Numbered from the stretch's first letter, positions 46,772 to 57,874 are shown. The stretch is DNA of 64,000 bases from Mayamaea pseudoterrestris (GCA_027923505.1 BROI01000010.1:310001-374000), one strand, 5' to 3'. Notes: a model not told the origin generated them from the letters alone. A program made the numbers and translations.

Positions 46772-48228
46772 ATGAGGCTTTGTAATCGGCGGCGAACGCT
46801 GCTAGTGAATCTGCTATTACTTTGCGCAACCGTGGCGAGGAGTCTTGAAACAGAGACGACACAATCGGATCTTGACATTCGCGCGACAAGCCTGCAAAAT
46901 GACAGACGGTCATTGTTCATGTCACAGAAAGAACATGAAAAGTCTTTGACAGTATTAGAAGAGCTGCGGCAGCACGTAGCCACAGATCGGCAAGCCTCGC
47001 TGCACTTGGACAGTCGAGATTTGCTTCGACTTCGCCGCGCGGACGCTGCCTCGTTCAGTCACTTTTTTCGATCGCTGCTCCAAGCCGACACTAACGTCAA
47101 AGCTAACTCGGAGCATCGGAGAACCAAAGAGCACGGAAACATTTTTTCGCGAGTAGCTCCTGTAACAAAAGCTCCTGTCTCAAATGCTCCTCCGCCAAAA
47201 GGAAGCAAGAAGGGCAGCAAGGTTGACAACAAACTGGCTAGTAAGAGCAAAGAGTCGAAAGGCAGCGCTAAAAAGATAGCGAAAGGAGGCAGCAAAATTA
47301 CAATTAAAGGCACCAAAGGTAGCAAGGGATTAAAAGGACGAGGCATGAGTAAGGGTCTTAGTAAGAGCCAGGCGCCGAGTAGCAAGCGAACAAAGGGCGT
47401 TAAGAACGCGAAAGGCAAAATTACCAAAGCTATAAAATCCCCCAAGGGCGTCAAGAGCACCAAAAGCAAGGTATCAAAAAGCATCAAAAGCGCAATAGGC
47501 ATCAAGGGCATCAAGGATGCGACGCCTAGCAAGTCTACGAAAGGCATGATGAAGGAGAAGGGCAGCAAGAAAACGAAGGGTTTGAACAGTTCAAAAGCAA
47601 TCAAAAATGCAAAGGGAATCAAGAGTGCGAAGAACACCAAATTGAGCAAAAGTAAAGGTACCAAGGCACCAAAAGGTTCCAAGACTGGTGTTGTCAGTAA
47701 CATTATGAAAGGCGCAAGCAAAGGTTTGAAGGGTGGCGATGACAAAACAGCCAAAATCAGCAAGAAGGAAGTCGTTGCCGGCGGCAATCAAGGCACTGAA
47801 AACGTTGATGACGCTCCCACGAGTGCGCCAAAGCAATCAACTTCATTGACAGAAGCGCCTATACTAGTACTGACCATCGCGCCTCAGACTGTCGACACTC
47901 GAACTCCGTCGGAACGTCCAACACGGACACCAACAGTGCCCACCTCACCACCCACCAGAATACCTACAACACCTTCGCCGACAGGTGCACCAGTAATCCC
48001 GACGGATAGTCCAACACGACCACCGACTGTACCGACTCCACCACCAACACGATCACCGGTGAGTTAAAAGTTCACGTAGTAAAGTTATTGTGTCATCTGG
48101 CGAAGGTGTTAATACTCACAATTTTCATTTCACAGGCTTCAGTTGATTCGCAAGCTCCGTCATCGCAACCTGCATCCATCGACTCCCTCGCACCCGCGGC
48201 CGCACCAACAGCGCAAGTAGTACGATAG
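46772..48228 (+). CDS. Secreted Lys-rich (KxxK) and Pro/Thr-rich protein with RXL motifs; intron 48059-48135
   Basis: Signal ...LLVNLLLLCATVA; RSL motifs; ~190-aa KGSK/KGxK-rich block followed by PT repeats. Confidence 0.8.
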
Positions 48229-48357
48229 CAGGAAATGTATTGTATATTTATAAACATGCATGTATATTAATGTTTCTTTTTGACTATGTCGTGTTGGCTG
48301 TCCAACGGTTTGTTGTCAGCTTCGACATCTCTCAAAGGACACAAGTTTTGTAGTCAG

Positions 48358-49230
48358 TCACACAGTGCCACCGACCGGGACGAGTATATTTTGCCGCCTT
48401 TCTCGCAAGTGCTCTACGATCCTCTGGTTTGTTCGCTCCAATCTTTCCACCTTTCGTGTGGGCACCGCTCCGTTTGCAACATTCGCCTTTAGTACATGAA
48501 TCATCTTTTGTACAAGACAGTGCGTATCCTTCAATCCCGGCTCTGTCCAGTCGTTTAAGTCACAATCACGTTCTCCTATGATTGCCTTGTCGCCACGCGC
48601 CCTGATGAGCGCCTGCATGAACGTTTGATTCCACTCTCGTGCATCGGCCCGTGAAACATACATGAAGCACCTGTACAGCACGCTGCAGCACTCGCTGCGA
48701 AGCAAGTCACCATGTTCCTTCAATATCGTTAACACAACTGGCAAGTGGTGCTTCACAAAGACTATTCTCCAGTTTGACGCTTGCGTTTCGTTTCGTTGCC
48801 ACTGCTTGTCGGTTTGATAGAAACCAATCATTAAATCCGGAACGCTCTGAAGCACGCGAAAGACGACAGCAAACGCTTGTCGGAGCAGCAAGACATTATT
48901 GGCAAACGGCGTTTGCATCATGCTGGCAAGCTCCTTCAACACAGGTCCGGCTCGTTCGTGGTAGGTTTCGTTGCCAGAGTCGAATGTGAGATGGCTGCTG
49001 CCGCCGCTTGTGATGGATATTGTGGTTCCACTCGACTGGTAGGACTCCTTAATTTCCTCCAAGCGTATTCTGGCAATTTCATCCGATAAAAAGTCAAAGA
49101 TATAACTCGTTACTCCGGGGCAGGAAAGTGAGCGATTCAAATAAAGGTGCAGCAAGCCAACCGTTGGCTCTGACAGCAAGACTGGCGTCGCTTCGTCTTC
49201 GTCGTGGATGGAAAGAGAGTTGACATTCAT
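48358..49230 (-). CDS. Hypothetical protein
   Basis: ~290-aa ATG ORF, helical composition; no family recognised. Confidence 0.6.
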   Translation of the reverse strand: MNVNSLSIHDEDEATPVLLSEPTVGLLHLYLNRSLSCPGVTSYIFDFLSDEIARIRLEEIKESYQSSGTTISITSGGSSHLTFDSGNETYHERAGPVLKELASMMQTPFANNVLLLRQAFAVVFRVLQSVPDLMIGFYQTDKQWQRNETQASNWRIVFVKHHLPVVLTILKEHGDLLRSECCSVLYRCFMYVSRADAREWNQTFMQALIRARGDKAIIGERDCDLNDWTEPGLKDTHCLVQKMIHVLKANVANGAVPTRKVERLERTNQRIVEHLRERRQNILVPVGGTV

Positions 49231-49395
49231 TTCGCTACGTTGCGACACTTAATTCAAGGAAGGGTGAGAAACATATACAAAAAAGATCTTAAGAGTCGCG
49301 ATGCACGGTTATGATACAAACAAGCAAGCACATCAAGAGAAAGGGATCATCGCTTTCGATGCGTGACACAGGTGTGCGTTTCACAGTTTTGCTTG

Positions 49396-49610
49396 TGACG
49401 TAATTGACACTGGCACTCGTTTCGCACTATAACCTCAGTGACGTAATTGACACTGGCACTCGTTTCCCTGCTATTGCCTTATGACGTAATTGACACTGGC
49501 ACTTGTTTCGTAGTATTGCCTTATGACGTAATTGACACTGGCACTTGTTTCATAGTATTGCCTTATGACTTAATTGACACTAGCACTTGTTTCGTAGTAT
49601 TGCCTAATGA
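49396..49610. repeat. 42-43-bp minisatellite, 5 copies, in a divergent intergenic region
   Basis: TGAC(G/T)TAATTGACACT(G/A)GCACT(C/T)GTTTC units start at 49396, 49439, 49482, 49524 and 49566. Confidence 0.95.
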
Positions 49611-49690
49611 TGTGTGAAATGTCTAATTAACTCGACATCGCCATCCATCATCGCCATTACCATGCATTTTCGACGCTGCTTATATGAACA

Positions 49691-51736
49691 ATGAAGCATG
49701 CACTATGCCTCCTACCACTCTTAGCGCTTTGCTGTCAGGCATGGGTGTTTTGGAATGGCCAACGCACCAGCGAAAAGTTATTCAGCATTCGGCTCCGCTC
49801 TACCAAAGCTCCTTCCGACTCGCTGTCGATAAGGGCGGCAGCATTGACTCTCAATGAAGCAGCCGCCATTCCAAACACTGTGCACTGCATTACCGGATAT
49901 GTAACTGCTATTCGAGGATTCGGAAAGTCATTTTGCTTTGTCGATATCTCAACCAAAGACGCCATTCAACAAGTCATGCTCAAGCGACAGGAATATCAAA
50001 ATTCGCACTTTGACGCCACGCGCCGCGCCATGCTTCCTGGCGTCAAGCTGCGTGTCACAGGCGTTATGATCAAGTCCAAGAATCAAGAAGACGATTTACT
50101 GGTTCATAATGCGACTATTGTGGGATGGCCTCGCAATCCGCAGCATGTGCGCATCCTGCTCGAGCTTTTGGAACAAGGCGAGCTGTCTTCGGAGTTGAGC
50201 TTGCCGCCGTCGCCGCCGCCCTTATTACGAAATAGTGATGTCGGCAATGCTCTGCAATTCAACAATAGTGCTGCGTCAACCTTGTATTTGCGAGCAAAAC
50301 AAATTGTAGAGTCATTGCCGAGCGACGATGACTATCCGTACGAGATACTGTCGACTTTGAACGCTGGCGATTTTCTTCTCCCAAAAGCACCAATTCACAT
50401 TCAGCGCGGCCCAAGCAACGAGCTCTCGCAATCAGCAGACTCACTAATATCCATGTCAGCGATCGTCATGAGTCGCCGCCGGTACCAAGGCAATATAACG
50501 CAGCTAGAGTTGGTCGACGAATCGACCCAGGAGCGGTTCCTCGGCATTCTACACTCGCAATGTTTTTTGTCGTTTGCGTTCATTAACGTTTTCAGTACCA
50601 TTTTGGCGCCAACCAGTCGCGTCCAAGTATCGGGTTTCATGCGGCGAGGCGATTGTGACGAGCAAGGACTCTTCCTCCTGTGGGTAACTGACTGTCGCAT
50701 TGTTCAGGCTTCATGGCAGCCAAAAACCATTGAATACTTGCTGGAAGTGACACGAACTGGCGATTTTGACAGAAAGGATGCTGCTACGGCGCTCAACATT
50801 TCGGCAAGCAATCTTGCTGCCATTGTAAACCTGTCGACGACAACGGAACGACAATGGAAGGCTGCGGAGCTCTCGCGAAACATGCAGGCCCTTGCTCACA
50901 GGTATGAGGATGCAAGCCACGGCAAGAGCGTCGTCGCAAACGTATTGGAACACTTTCGAACTGCACGAGAGCAGTTTCCATTTGAAGCAGTCAATGATAT
51001 AGACACCATCAATCGTAACCGCAGCAACGTTGATTACTCGAATGATGGAAGCCGCTGGCGTCGCAAGAAGGAACCTCAGCTAGCTTGGATGCTTCAACAA
51101 GTCGAACAGATTGTGCAGCATCATCCCGATTACGAACTACGACCCATTCGCATTCTAGATATTGGCGGCGGGAAGGGGTTACTGGCCAACTACCTGGCCA
51201 GTCACATGCTGGGCAAAGTGGAAGTGCAAGTTATTGACATTTCCGACCGAGCAGTAAAAAATGGAGCAATGCGCTCAAAGCGCCTCAGCCTTCCAGTCAA
51301 ATACACAGTTGGAGATGCCAGTCAAGCAAGACTAATAACGCCAGTGGATGTTGTGGTGGCACTGCATGCGTGCGGTACATTGACCGACGTGGCTTTGGGA
51401 CATGCCGTGCTGCATAATGCCTCGTTTGTGATTTGCCCTTGCTGCTTTTGCTCTCATCCGCACTTGCGGGTGCCAACGAGGGGCCAAAGTGTTGACAAAC
51501 ACGCTTCACTGACTGCATCTGACTGGCTTGATGTTGACGCGATTAAGCTTGGGGAGCTGCAACGGATCGCCGAGATACAGGGCGACATGCAAACGGCCAA
51601 CCAGGCCATACATTCCATTTGCGCACTACGTGCATGCGCTGCAGAGAATAGATGTCAGAGCCTGAAGGTCTCTATCAAGACCTTTCCGCTTGCCTTTTCC
51701 ACACGCAACTTTTGCCTAATTGGGAGCCAATTTTGA
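49691..51736 (+). CDS. Organelle-targeted class I SAM methyltransferase (Methyltransf_32-like) with N-terminal OB-fold(s)
   Basis: ILDIGGGKGLL, VALHACGTLTD, FVICPCCF and FSTRN; N-terminal ITGYVTAIRGFGKSFCFVDI resembles a tRNA-anticodon OB fold; presequence CQA-W. Confidence 0.8.
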   Translation: MKHALCLLPLLALCCQAWVFWNGQRTSEKLFSIRLRSTKAPSDSLSIRAAALTLNEAAAIPNTVHCITGYVTAIRGFGKSFCFVDISTKDAIQQVMLKRQEYQNSHFDATRRAMLPGVKLRVTGVMIKSKNQEDDLLVHNATIVGWPRNPQHVRILLELLEQGELSSELSLPPSPPPLLRNSDVGNALQFNNSAASTLYLRAKQIVESLPSDDDYPYEILSTLNAGDFLLPKAPIHIQRGPSNELSQSADSLISMSAIVMSRRRYQGNITQLELVDESTQERFLGILHSQCFLSFAFINVFSTILAPTSRVQVSGFMRRGDCDEQGLFLLWVTDCRIVQASWQPKTIEYLLEVTRTGDFDRKDAATALNISASNLAAIVNLSTTTERQWKAAELSRNMQALAHRYEDASHGKSVVANVLEHFRTAREQFPFEAVNDIDTINRNRSNVDYSNDGSRWRRKKEPQLAWMLQQVEQIVQHHPDYELRPIRILDIGGGKGLLANYLASHMLGKVEVQVIDISDRAVKNGAMRSKRLSLPVKYTVGDASQARLITPVDVVVALHACGTLTDVALGHAVLHNASFVICPCCFCSHPHLRVPTRGQSVDKHASLTASDWLDVDAIKLGELQRIAEIQGDMQTANQAIHSICALRACAAENRCQSLKVSIKTFPLAFSTRNFCLIGSQF

Positions 51737-52038
51737 AATACTACAGTAAGCATTTGAGGAATGCATGTCGCGACACTATGAATTTTGATCGACTTCATGT
51801 GCGGCATGCACGTACTACATCCTTAGATTTATCTCTAATAACTCGCGTAAACGTAGCTACCACAAAAGTACGGCATATAAGACCTGAGTAGACCAAGATA
51901 GCATGTATTTTAAACAACAGGTCTTTCAAAAAACGTTACGTCGTGATAGCCCATCATTGGGATCAAAGGAATACGTGGCACAAACAAAATCGATCTGCCA
52001 CGACATCCCCCTTGAGACACAATTGCACCATTGCCCCT

Positions 52039-52512
52039 CTACTGCAGCATCTTCAGCTCCTGTCGAATCTGCTTGCGCTTCTCGCGAGCTTCAAAGCTCT
52101 GGACGGACGCTGCAAAGTCGTCGACTTCAAACTGCAAGTCGTCGACATCCTGCTCATGGCTCACCTCCCGCTTCAATGCGAGGCCGCGCTTGGATGCAAG
52201 TTGTCTCTGAGCCTTCTCCAACTTCTTTTTGTTCTTAAGCTGCTTCATCTTGCGTTCTCGCTCTACTTGCTCTGGTGCCTTGGCAAGCAGCTGCTGCAGG
52301 AGAACACTTGCGTCAGCCTGAGGAGCCGTGATGATCGAAAAAGTATCCAGCGAGGAGGTTGATTGCTCGGTCAATTCAGTCAACTCCAAAGGATCATCAT
52401 CATGCTCCGTCGTATCCTCCACTCCATCCTTCCCAACCGAACGGCGCAGGTTGTCACGATGCGCCAAGCTCTTGACGGCCGCCGCCAGCAAAAGGATCGA
52501 TCCAAGCTTCAT
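52039..52512 (-). CDS. Small secreted coiled-coil protein of unknown function
   Basis: Signal MKLGSILLLAAAVKSLA followed by NLRR and charged helical sequence. Confidence 0.68.
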   Translation of the reverse strand: MKLGSILLLAAAVKSLAHRDNLRRSVGKDGVEDTTEHDDDPLELTELTEQSTSSLDTFSIITAPQADASVLLQQLLAKAPEQVERERKMKQLKNKKKLEKAQRQLASKRGLALKREVSHEQDVDDLQFEVDDFAASVQSFEAREKRKQIRQELKMLQ

Positions 52513-53402
52513 GGTGCTTTAGACGAAAAGCTTATGATGTCGACTTTCGCATACGATGAGTTGAACTGTGGGAGCGCGATACTATATCTGATACAGCAAT
52601 GAGGCGAGCCAAAGGATTTTAAGCTGACAAAAAAATGCAATGGAGAAAATATCAAAGAGAAATGCCAGAGCAGTATTCACTGTTATAATGACCTTAGATA
52701 CTTTTTACAATATAGCCCTTCCTAGTATGGGTCGTGCGAACATGCCGATGGATGCGACGAACATTTTTTTCTACGCGAAAAAGATTGGTTGGCCTTTGTC
52801 TCTTGCGCACCCTTGCAAAATGAATGCCGACGCAAGCCGTCACGGCGATAGAAAGAGTCATGTACAGCAACGTTTACCCATTCGCGACGGGCTAGCATGC
52901 GCCTGCGAGCTTGAATTTGTAGACATGCACGCACGGACGCGAGCTTACCGACACTGTCCCATCGACTCCCGGGCCAAATGCGCCTTTTGCTAGCTCCCAA
53001 TCCCATCTATTGAATTGTCACCTGAGCAGCGACCGATGCAAGCTACCGGTAGTCCGTCTACCGGTATGCAAATTATTGCCCGCCAAATCAGGCAGTCCGT
53101 CGTCATAGAAACTGAGTTGCTTTTTGCTGACAAATCCACTTTCTCATCTTGCGATACAGTTCATAATACCGGTTGCACGGGACTATGTTGTATACACTCG
53201 GACGCTATTACCGGTACCTCGCACTCTTGCTGGATAACGTTACGACTCACAAAGTCATTTCCTGCAAAAATGGTTCTTGTCGCGTGACCGACGATTAGTC
53301 GTCGCAAACATCGCAAAAGCAAGCCGCACATGAACAACATCACATCACAGCACATCACTCCTTCAAGCTTCACCAAATCCCTTTGTATGACGAGCATCAA
53401 AC

Positions 53403-54677
53403 ATGTCAAACGAATCTTCTAATCAAAAAGAGAATACCGACGAGGTCGAACTCGCCAGTTTCCTCGTGCCGCCACTAAGCGAGGCGCCATCCGACATGAT
53501 GAGTTACCACATTGAAGCTTCTAAGCGACTGACAAGAATTGAAGAGCGGGAGCGAGATAGACGGCGGGTGATCCGATTGCCTCCTGGCTGGGATAAGCAA
53601 AAGTTGAAGCAAACTTTAAAACTTGCTCTTGCCGCCATTGTCAGTCTCTGTGTGACGATTCGCATCTTCCGTCACTTTCACTCTGCTCGACAAGAACAAC
53701 ACCAGCAACAACTCGCACGACAACCCGTCGTTTACAAAGGTCATACGTTGCTGCCTGAAGTTGTTGAAAAGGTTTTACAATATCGGAAAAAGACAGCTCT
53801 CATTGTAAATCTACATTTGGGAATTATGCATTCCTCTACGGAATACAAAGACGATGTAATCTACCAAAACATTGTCAACGATGAAGATTATGTCTGCAAA
53901 GTCATTGGACACGCCTATCTTTTGGATCAACAAGCTCCTCGCTTTCACTGTCGAATTGACATACACCAAGATAAGCTGCGCATTAAACCTGGTCCATACT
54001 TTCCATTTACAGCACCATGGTCATTTGATGACACGGCTGACAATATACAAGCAGTTCGCAAGTTTTGGCACATGATTGATTGGTACAGTAACGATGTTGA
54101 TGTAATTAAGGAAACGCTTGATTCTGTCGCGACGACGGATGATGCTGGTCGTGCGCAGCAACACTTCTTGGCAGACACCAACTGGAAGGATCCAAACCTC
54201 ATCTCCATTCTAGTCATGGTTGATCCCATGGAACGACTCTTGACGGATGCTTGGGCCTTTTTTGAGCGTACATATCCAGTTGACAATGTCTTGGAAATTA
54301 CTCTGGATCGATCGTTCGGCTCCAAGCCATGGTGGAGCTTCATCGAGGAGAATCCTACGAATAACGTGGTCGAGCAACTTGGCCAGCGGCACAAGGATAC
54401 GAAGCGCGTAAGGCCAGCTGTGTTGACAAGTCATGCTCAGGAGCTGATGAAGGAGTTTACGTTTGTCTTGGACAGCGCATGTCTTGAGCAAGGCATTACA
54501 AAAGTGGCTGACATTTTGAATATTCCCATCGATGAACCACTGCCAGAACGAACCAACACCACTTGGACGCCTTCCACAAGCATGCCAGCGGATGTCTACC
54601 AAAGGTTGACACAGCTCAGTAAACTAAATATTGACTTGTACAAGTGGAGCAAAACAATAAGCTTGGTGCAATGCTGA
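53403..54677 (+). CDS. Type II membrane (Golgi-like) protein, possibly a degenerate sulfotransferase fold
   Basis: Single N-terminal TM; ILVMVDPMERLL (cf. RDPxxRxxS), FTFVLD and LNIDLYKW resemble the sulfotransferase C-terminus; no clear 5'PSB loop. Confidence 0.5.
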   Translation: MSNESSNQKENTDEVELASFLVPPLSEAPSDMMSYHIEASKRLTRIEERERDRRRVIRLPPGWDKQKLKQTLKLALAAIVSLCVTIRIFRHFHSARQEQHQQQLARQPVVYKGHTLLPEVVEKVLQYRKKTALIVNLHLGIMHSSTEYKDDVIYQNIVNDEDYVCKVIGHAYLLDQQAPRFHCRIDIHQDKLRIKPGPYFPFTAPWSFDDTADNIQAVRKFWHMIDWYSNDVDVIKETLDSVATTDDAGRAQQHFLADTNWKDPNLISILVMVDPMERLLTDAWAFFERTYPVDNVLEITLDRSFGSKPWWSFIEENPTNNVVEQLGQRHKDTKRVRPAVLTSHAQELMKEFTFVLDSACLEQGITKVADILNIPIDEPLPERTNTTWTPSTSMPADVYQRLTQLSKLNIDLYKWSKTISLVQC

Positions 54678-55031
54678 TGCGACAGTATGAGATCAAGTTT
54701 TGTATGGTGTTTGCCGGTAGCTGAGATGGACATGTCACAGCAAAGCGTCAATTTCTGGTTATGCATATTTTGTAACTTTCTAGATACATTTTCGTTGTAA
54801 GAAATACTCTACAGTATAAACAAGTTCCACCAGGTCAGGATCATGATTCCGCCGCGCTGCGTTGTAAGCAAACGTCGCACCGCGGTACTGAACGGAAATG
54901 ACCGCAAAGAATGAATGTGACGTCACGTTGAAACATTCGAAACGCAGAATCCTCGCGCTGCACCATGAGCACCTCTTCTTTGACAGCAGAAGAAGGGAGC
55001 AGCTTCTGCGTTTGTATCGCGAAACTAAACA

Positions 55032-56618
55032 ATGAGCCAGTCGCTATCATCCTCCTCCTCCTCTCTTGAGGCTGCCAACATTGAGCTTCCCGGCGACGAA
55101 GAAGACAGTGACAACTCGGAGCGGCGAGCGAGCAACTTGCAGCACAATAATTATCCAACGATGCTGCGCGAGCGTCTAGCGGAGCCCGGAGCTGGTATTT
55201 TAGCAGCTGATGAAAGCGAAACCGACCTAATGCTACTTGATGACTGGAAAGTGACTCATAATACGGAATTTGATGACGACGCTCCATTTCTGGGAGACGT
55301 TGTTGAACCCGAAGCGGCTGCTGCCTCCACCGCTGCTCGAGTACAGCAGACTAGCGCAATCGATAAAGCGCATAACCTTGCAGCTCCTACTGTCAATAGT
55401 ACTGATAATTCCGCTGTTGCAGCTATAGGTCCATCACTGTCTTGGTCTCATCCTGAGAACGACGAGCAGGCACTAGAGGAAGTGCAAACTCCAACGTCAA
55501 AGAGTGCACCATGCACGCCTAGCAAAGTGCGCGGAAGGACGCTTCTATATGGTTTCATGCAGCCTGTTAGTATCTTGAGCAAAATGTCTCCAAATGAGAA
55601 GGATGAACGCGACATTGAAGCTGCCGATGCTATCGCCGGAACTCCTACTACGATTGACTCCAAGGACGAGGAGGGCCCCGCGTCCGAATCGGCGCTCGAA
55701 AAGGTTTCACCAACAGCCGAATCATCTCAACTTACCGACAAGCAGCGCAAATGCCGATACTGCGTCTGCATTGGCATCTTACTTGGGCTCTTGCTCATTG
55801 CGCTTGGAACGGGGCTGGGCTTGAAAAACAAGCAGCGAATGGAGTCGTCGTCACTAAGTGACAAGAGTAGTTCATCAAACAGCACCTTATCCGATGACGA
55901 ACTGGTCGAGCCTCCGTACAATTCGGCGCCGACCAAGGGGTTTCAAACGACGCAGGAACTCTACGATGCGGTGGATGTTTACCTGGCGCGGCCCATGTCA
56001 TCGGCAATTTACGATGTTGCTGCCACCTACGGATACCCAATCAACGAATGGCTGGTCGGTAATCTAACTCGATTCGATAACGTTTTTGCGGCTTCTCGGT
56101 CACCAAATTCAGTAAGCTTCAATGAGCCGCTTGACAAGTGGAACATGAGCAAAGCAGTCTCGCTGGCGTTCATGTTTGAAGGCGCTCTGGCCTTTAGCCA
56201 AGACTTGAGCGCTTGGGACACGTCCAACGTGCGAAACATGACGCGTTCCTTTGCAAATTGCCAATCATTTAACAAAGCACTCGATGCATGGACCGTGTCT
56301 CGAGTTGTAACCATGGAAGGCATGTTTCAATTAGCGACCAGTTTCAACCAGCCACTTGCCGATTGGAACGTGAGCGCCTGCGAGAATTTCTCGCGCATGT
56401 TCTTCAATGCAACGAGCTTTGCGCAAAATCTTTGTCTCTGGGGTGACACTATTGATGTTAACGCGAATGTCAGTTTAATGTTCGATGGGGCGTCAAGCTG
56501 TCCTGCTCGCTCCGAAACTCTAGATCTCGCATCAGGTGGTCCATTCTGCTCTTATTGCGGGAATTTACCGGGAGTGGAAGTACCAATTGAATTAAATACA
56601 ACCAGTGGGATGGCTTAG
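55032..56618 (+). CDS. Single-pass membrane protein with DUF285/BspA-like repeats
   Basis: TM CIGILLGLLLIALGTGLGL; repeats FNEPLDKWNMSKAVSLAFMF, FSQDLSAWDTSNVRNM and FNQPLADWNVS. Confidence 0.88.
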   Translation: MSQSLSSSSSSLEAANIELPGDEEDSDNSERRASNLQHNNYPTMLRERLAEPGAGILAADESETDLMLLDDWKVTHNTEFDDDAPFLGDVVEPEAAAASTAARVQQTSAIDKAHNLAAPTVNSTDNSAVAAIGPSLSWSHPENDEQALEEVQTPTSKSAPCTPSKVRGRTLLYGFMQPVSILSKMSPNEKDERDIEAADAIAGTPTTIDSKDEEGPASESALEKVSPTAESSQLTDKQRKCRYCVCIGILLGLLLIALGTGLGLKNKQRMESSSLSDKSSSSNSTLSDDELVEPPYNSAPTKGFQTTQELYDAVDVYLARPMSSAIYDVAATYGYPINEWLVGNLTRFDNVFAASRSPNSVSFNEPLDKWNMSKAVSLAFMFEGALAFSQDLSAWDTSNVRNMTRSFANCQSFNKALDAWTVSRVVTMEGMFQLATSFNQPLADWNVSACENFSRMFFNATSFAQNLCLWGDTIDVNANVSLMFDGASSCPARSETLDLASGGPFCSYCGNLPGVEVPIELNTTSGMA

Positions 56619-56944
56619 TGATTCTGAACGCTGGTGTGAAATTTGCAGGTCACGACTGGGCAGACGATCGACCGCCCCCGCCGCACGCAAGTCGTGGTTA
56701 CGATGTTCTCTTTCACCTCCAAAAATGGCATCAGCTTTACGAGATAAACATACATAAACATACATATTGTGCAATATAACCTTTGTAATCTAGTACAATG
56801 ATTGCCTAGTCCCCGATAGCTCGTCGCCTTGTGTATAGCGACAATGAAAGATGCTGAAGCCGTTGTGGTTCTCAGACACGCCACCCTCCAATCCCCTATA
56901 GCCTGTGGCAATGTGTGCATATTACAACGAAAAGGTCGTATCGT

Positions 56945-57874
56945 TTAACGCTTCTTGCACACTAACATCTTCTTGGAGTTTTTCAGCTCCCACTCGAAAC
57001 CAACCTGCTCGAGCTTAAGGATGCGCTGAAGAGTAATGTTCGACGGCGTGGCCTCGTGCAAATAAAGTTTGTGTTGTCTTCGCTGGCACTTGACCCAAGT
57101 TGCCAACTGAGGGTTGTCCGAGAAGAGCGATGGGACGTTCGTATGACCATACTTGGCCTTGAAGTCCATCAACTCCTCGAAACGTTCTTGCCAGGCCGAC
57201 TCCTGAGAGCCCCAGCAGAATCCAATGTCCTCCAGCGCACGGACGCGCTCGGGGATCATGGTCGAAGGCTGACCAGAGATCATCAAGCGATATTGGTACC
57301 TCTGTCTTTTCACCCAGCGAGCGAGAGGAAGATTCTCTGCGTAGGTGTGGGTAATCATGCAATTACCATACTTTTCCTTGTAGGCCAACAGCTCCTCATA
57401 GCGCTGCGCCCAGTTTCCTGACTGATACGTCCTGAACCGCTTTGGGCTGTCCTCACGCTCGCATTCCCGCAGACGACGCTTGGGCGAGGATCCCTTGGAG
57501 GATGCGGGAGATACGCTGTGGATCAATTCCGGAATGGCAAAAGGAACATAACCCGTCTTACCCTTGCTTGAGCTTGATTTGGTGGGTGTCACCACAGCAA
57601 CCTCCATGATTGGGGCAGACATGAGCGCCTTGAGCTCGTCGTCATCGTCTTCGCCTCCAAACAGAAAGTCGTCCGAGACGTCAATGATCTCTTGAGCCGT
57701 GAAACCCTTGAAGCTGTCGTAGGCCGTCTGCAACGGTTGGAAATCTTGATGCGGGAGGTTTTCACACCCTTCAAATGTGAGGTCGTAGGTCGGCTCCAGC
57801 GATTTGGGGTCCCAAATGCCACTGACAAAGGCGGAGGAGGAGGAAGCGAGTAGCTTTTGGGTAGGAAAGCTCAT
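56945..57874 (-). CDS. Helicase-associated (HA) domain repeat protein
   Basis: WAQRYEELLAYKEKYGNC...LARWVKRQRYQY...LEDIGFCW and WQERFEELMDFKAKYGHTNVP...LATWVKCQR. Confidence 0.92.
   Translation of the reverse strand: MSFPTQKLLASSSSAFVSGIWDPKSLEPTYDLTFEGCENLPHQDFQPLQTAYDSFKGFTAQEIIDVSDDFLFGGEDDDDELKALMSAPIMEVAVVTPTKSSSSKGKTGYVPFAIPELIHSVSPASSKGSSPKRRLRECEREDSPKRFRTYQSGNWAQRYEELLAYKEKYGNCMITHTYAENLPLARWVKRQRYQYRLMISGQPSTMIPERVRALEDIGFCWGSQESAWQERFEELMDFKAKYGHTNVPSLFSDNPQLATWVKCQRRQHKLYLHEATPSNITLQRILKLEQVGFEWELKNSKKMLVCKKR

Noticed and set aside
49396..49610. CRISPR-like appearance (28-bp constant part plus variable part)
   Set aside because: The 14-15-bp spacers are homologous to one another, there are no cas genes, and the context is eukaryotic; it is a minisatellite.
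55032..56618. DUF285 gene as recent bacterial HGT or contamination
   Set aside because: It has a long eukaryote-style disordered N-terminus with a TM, sits among intron-containing genes, and such proteins are commonly expanded in diatoms.
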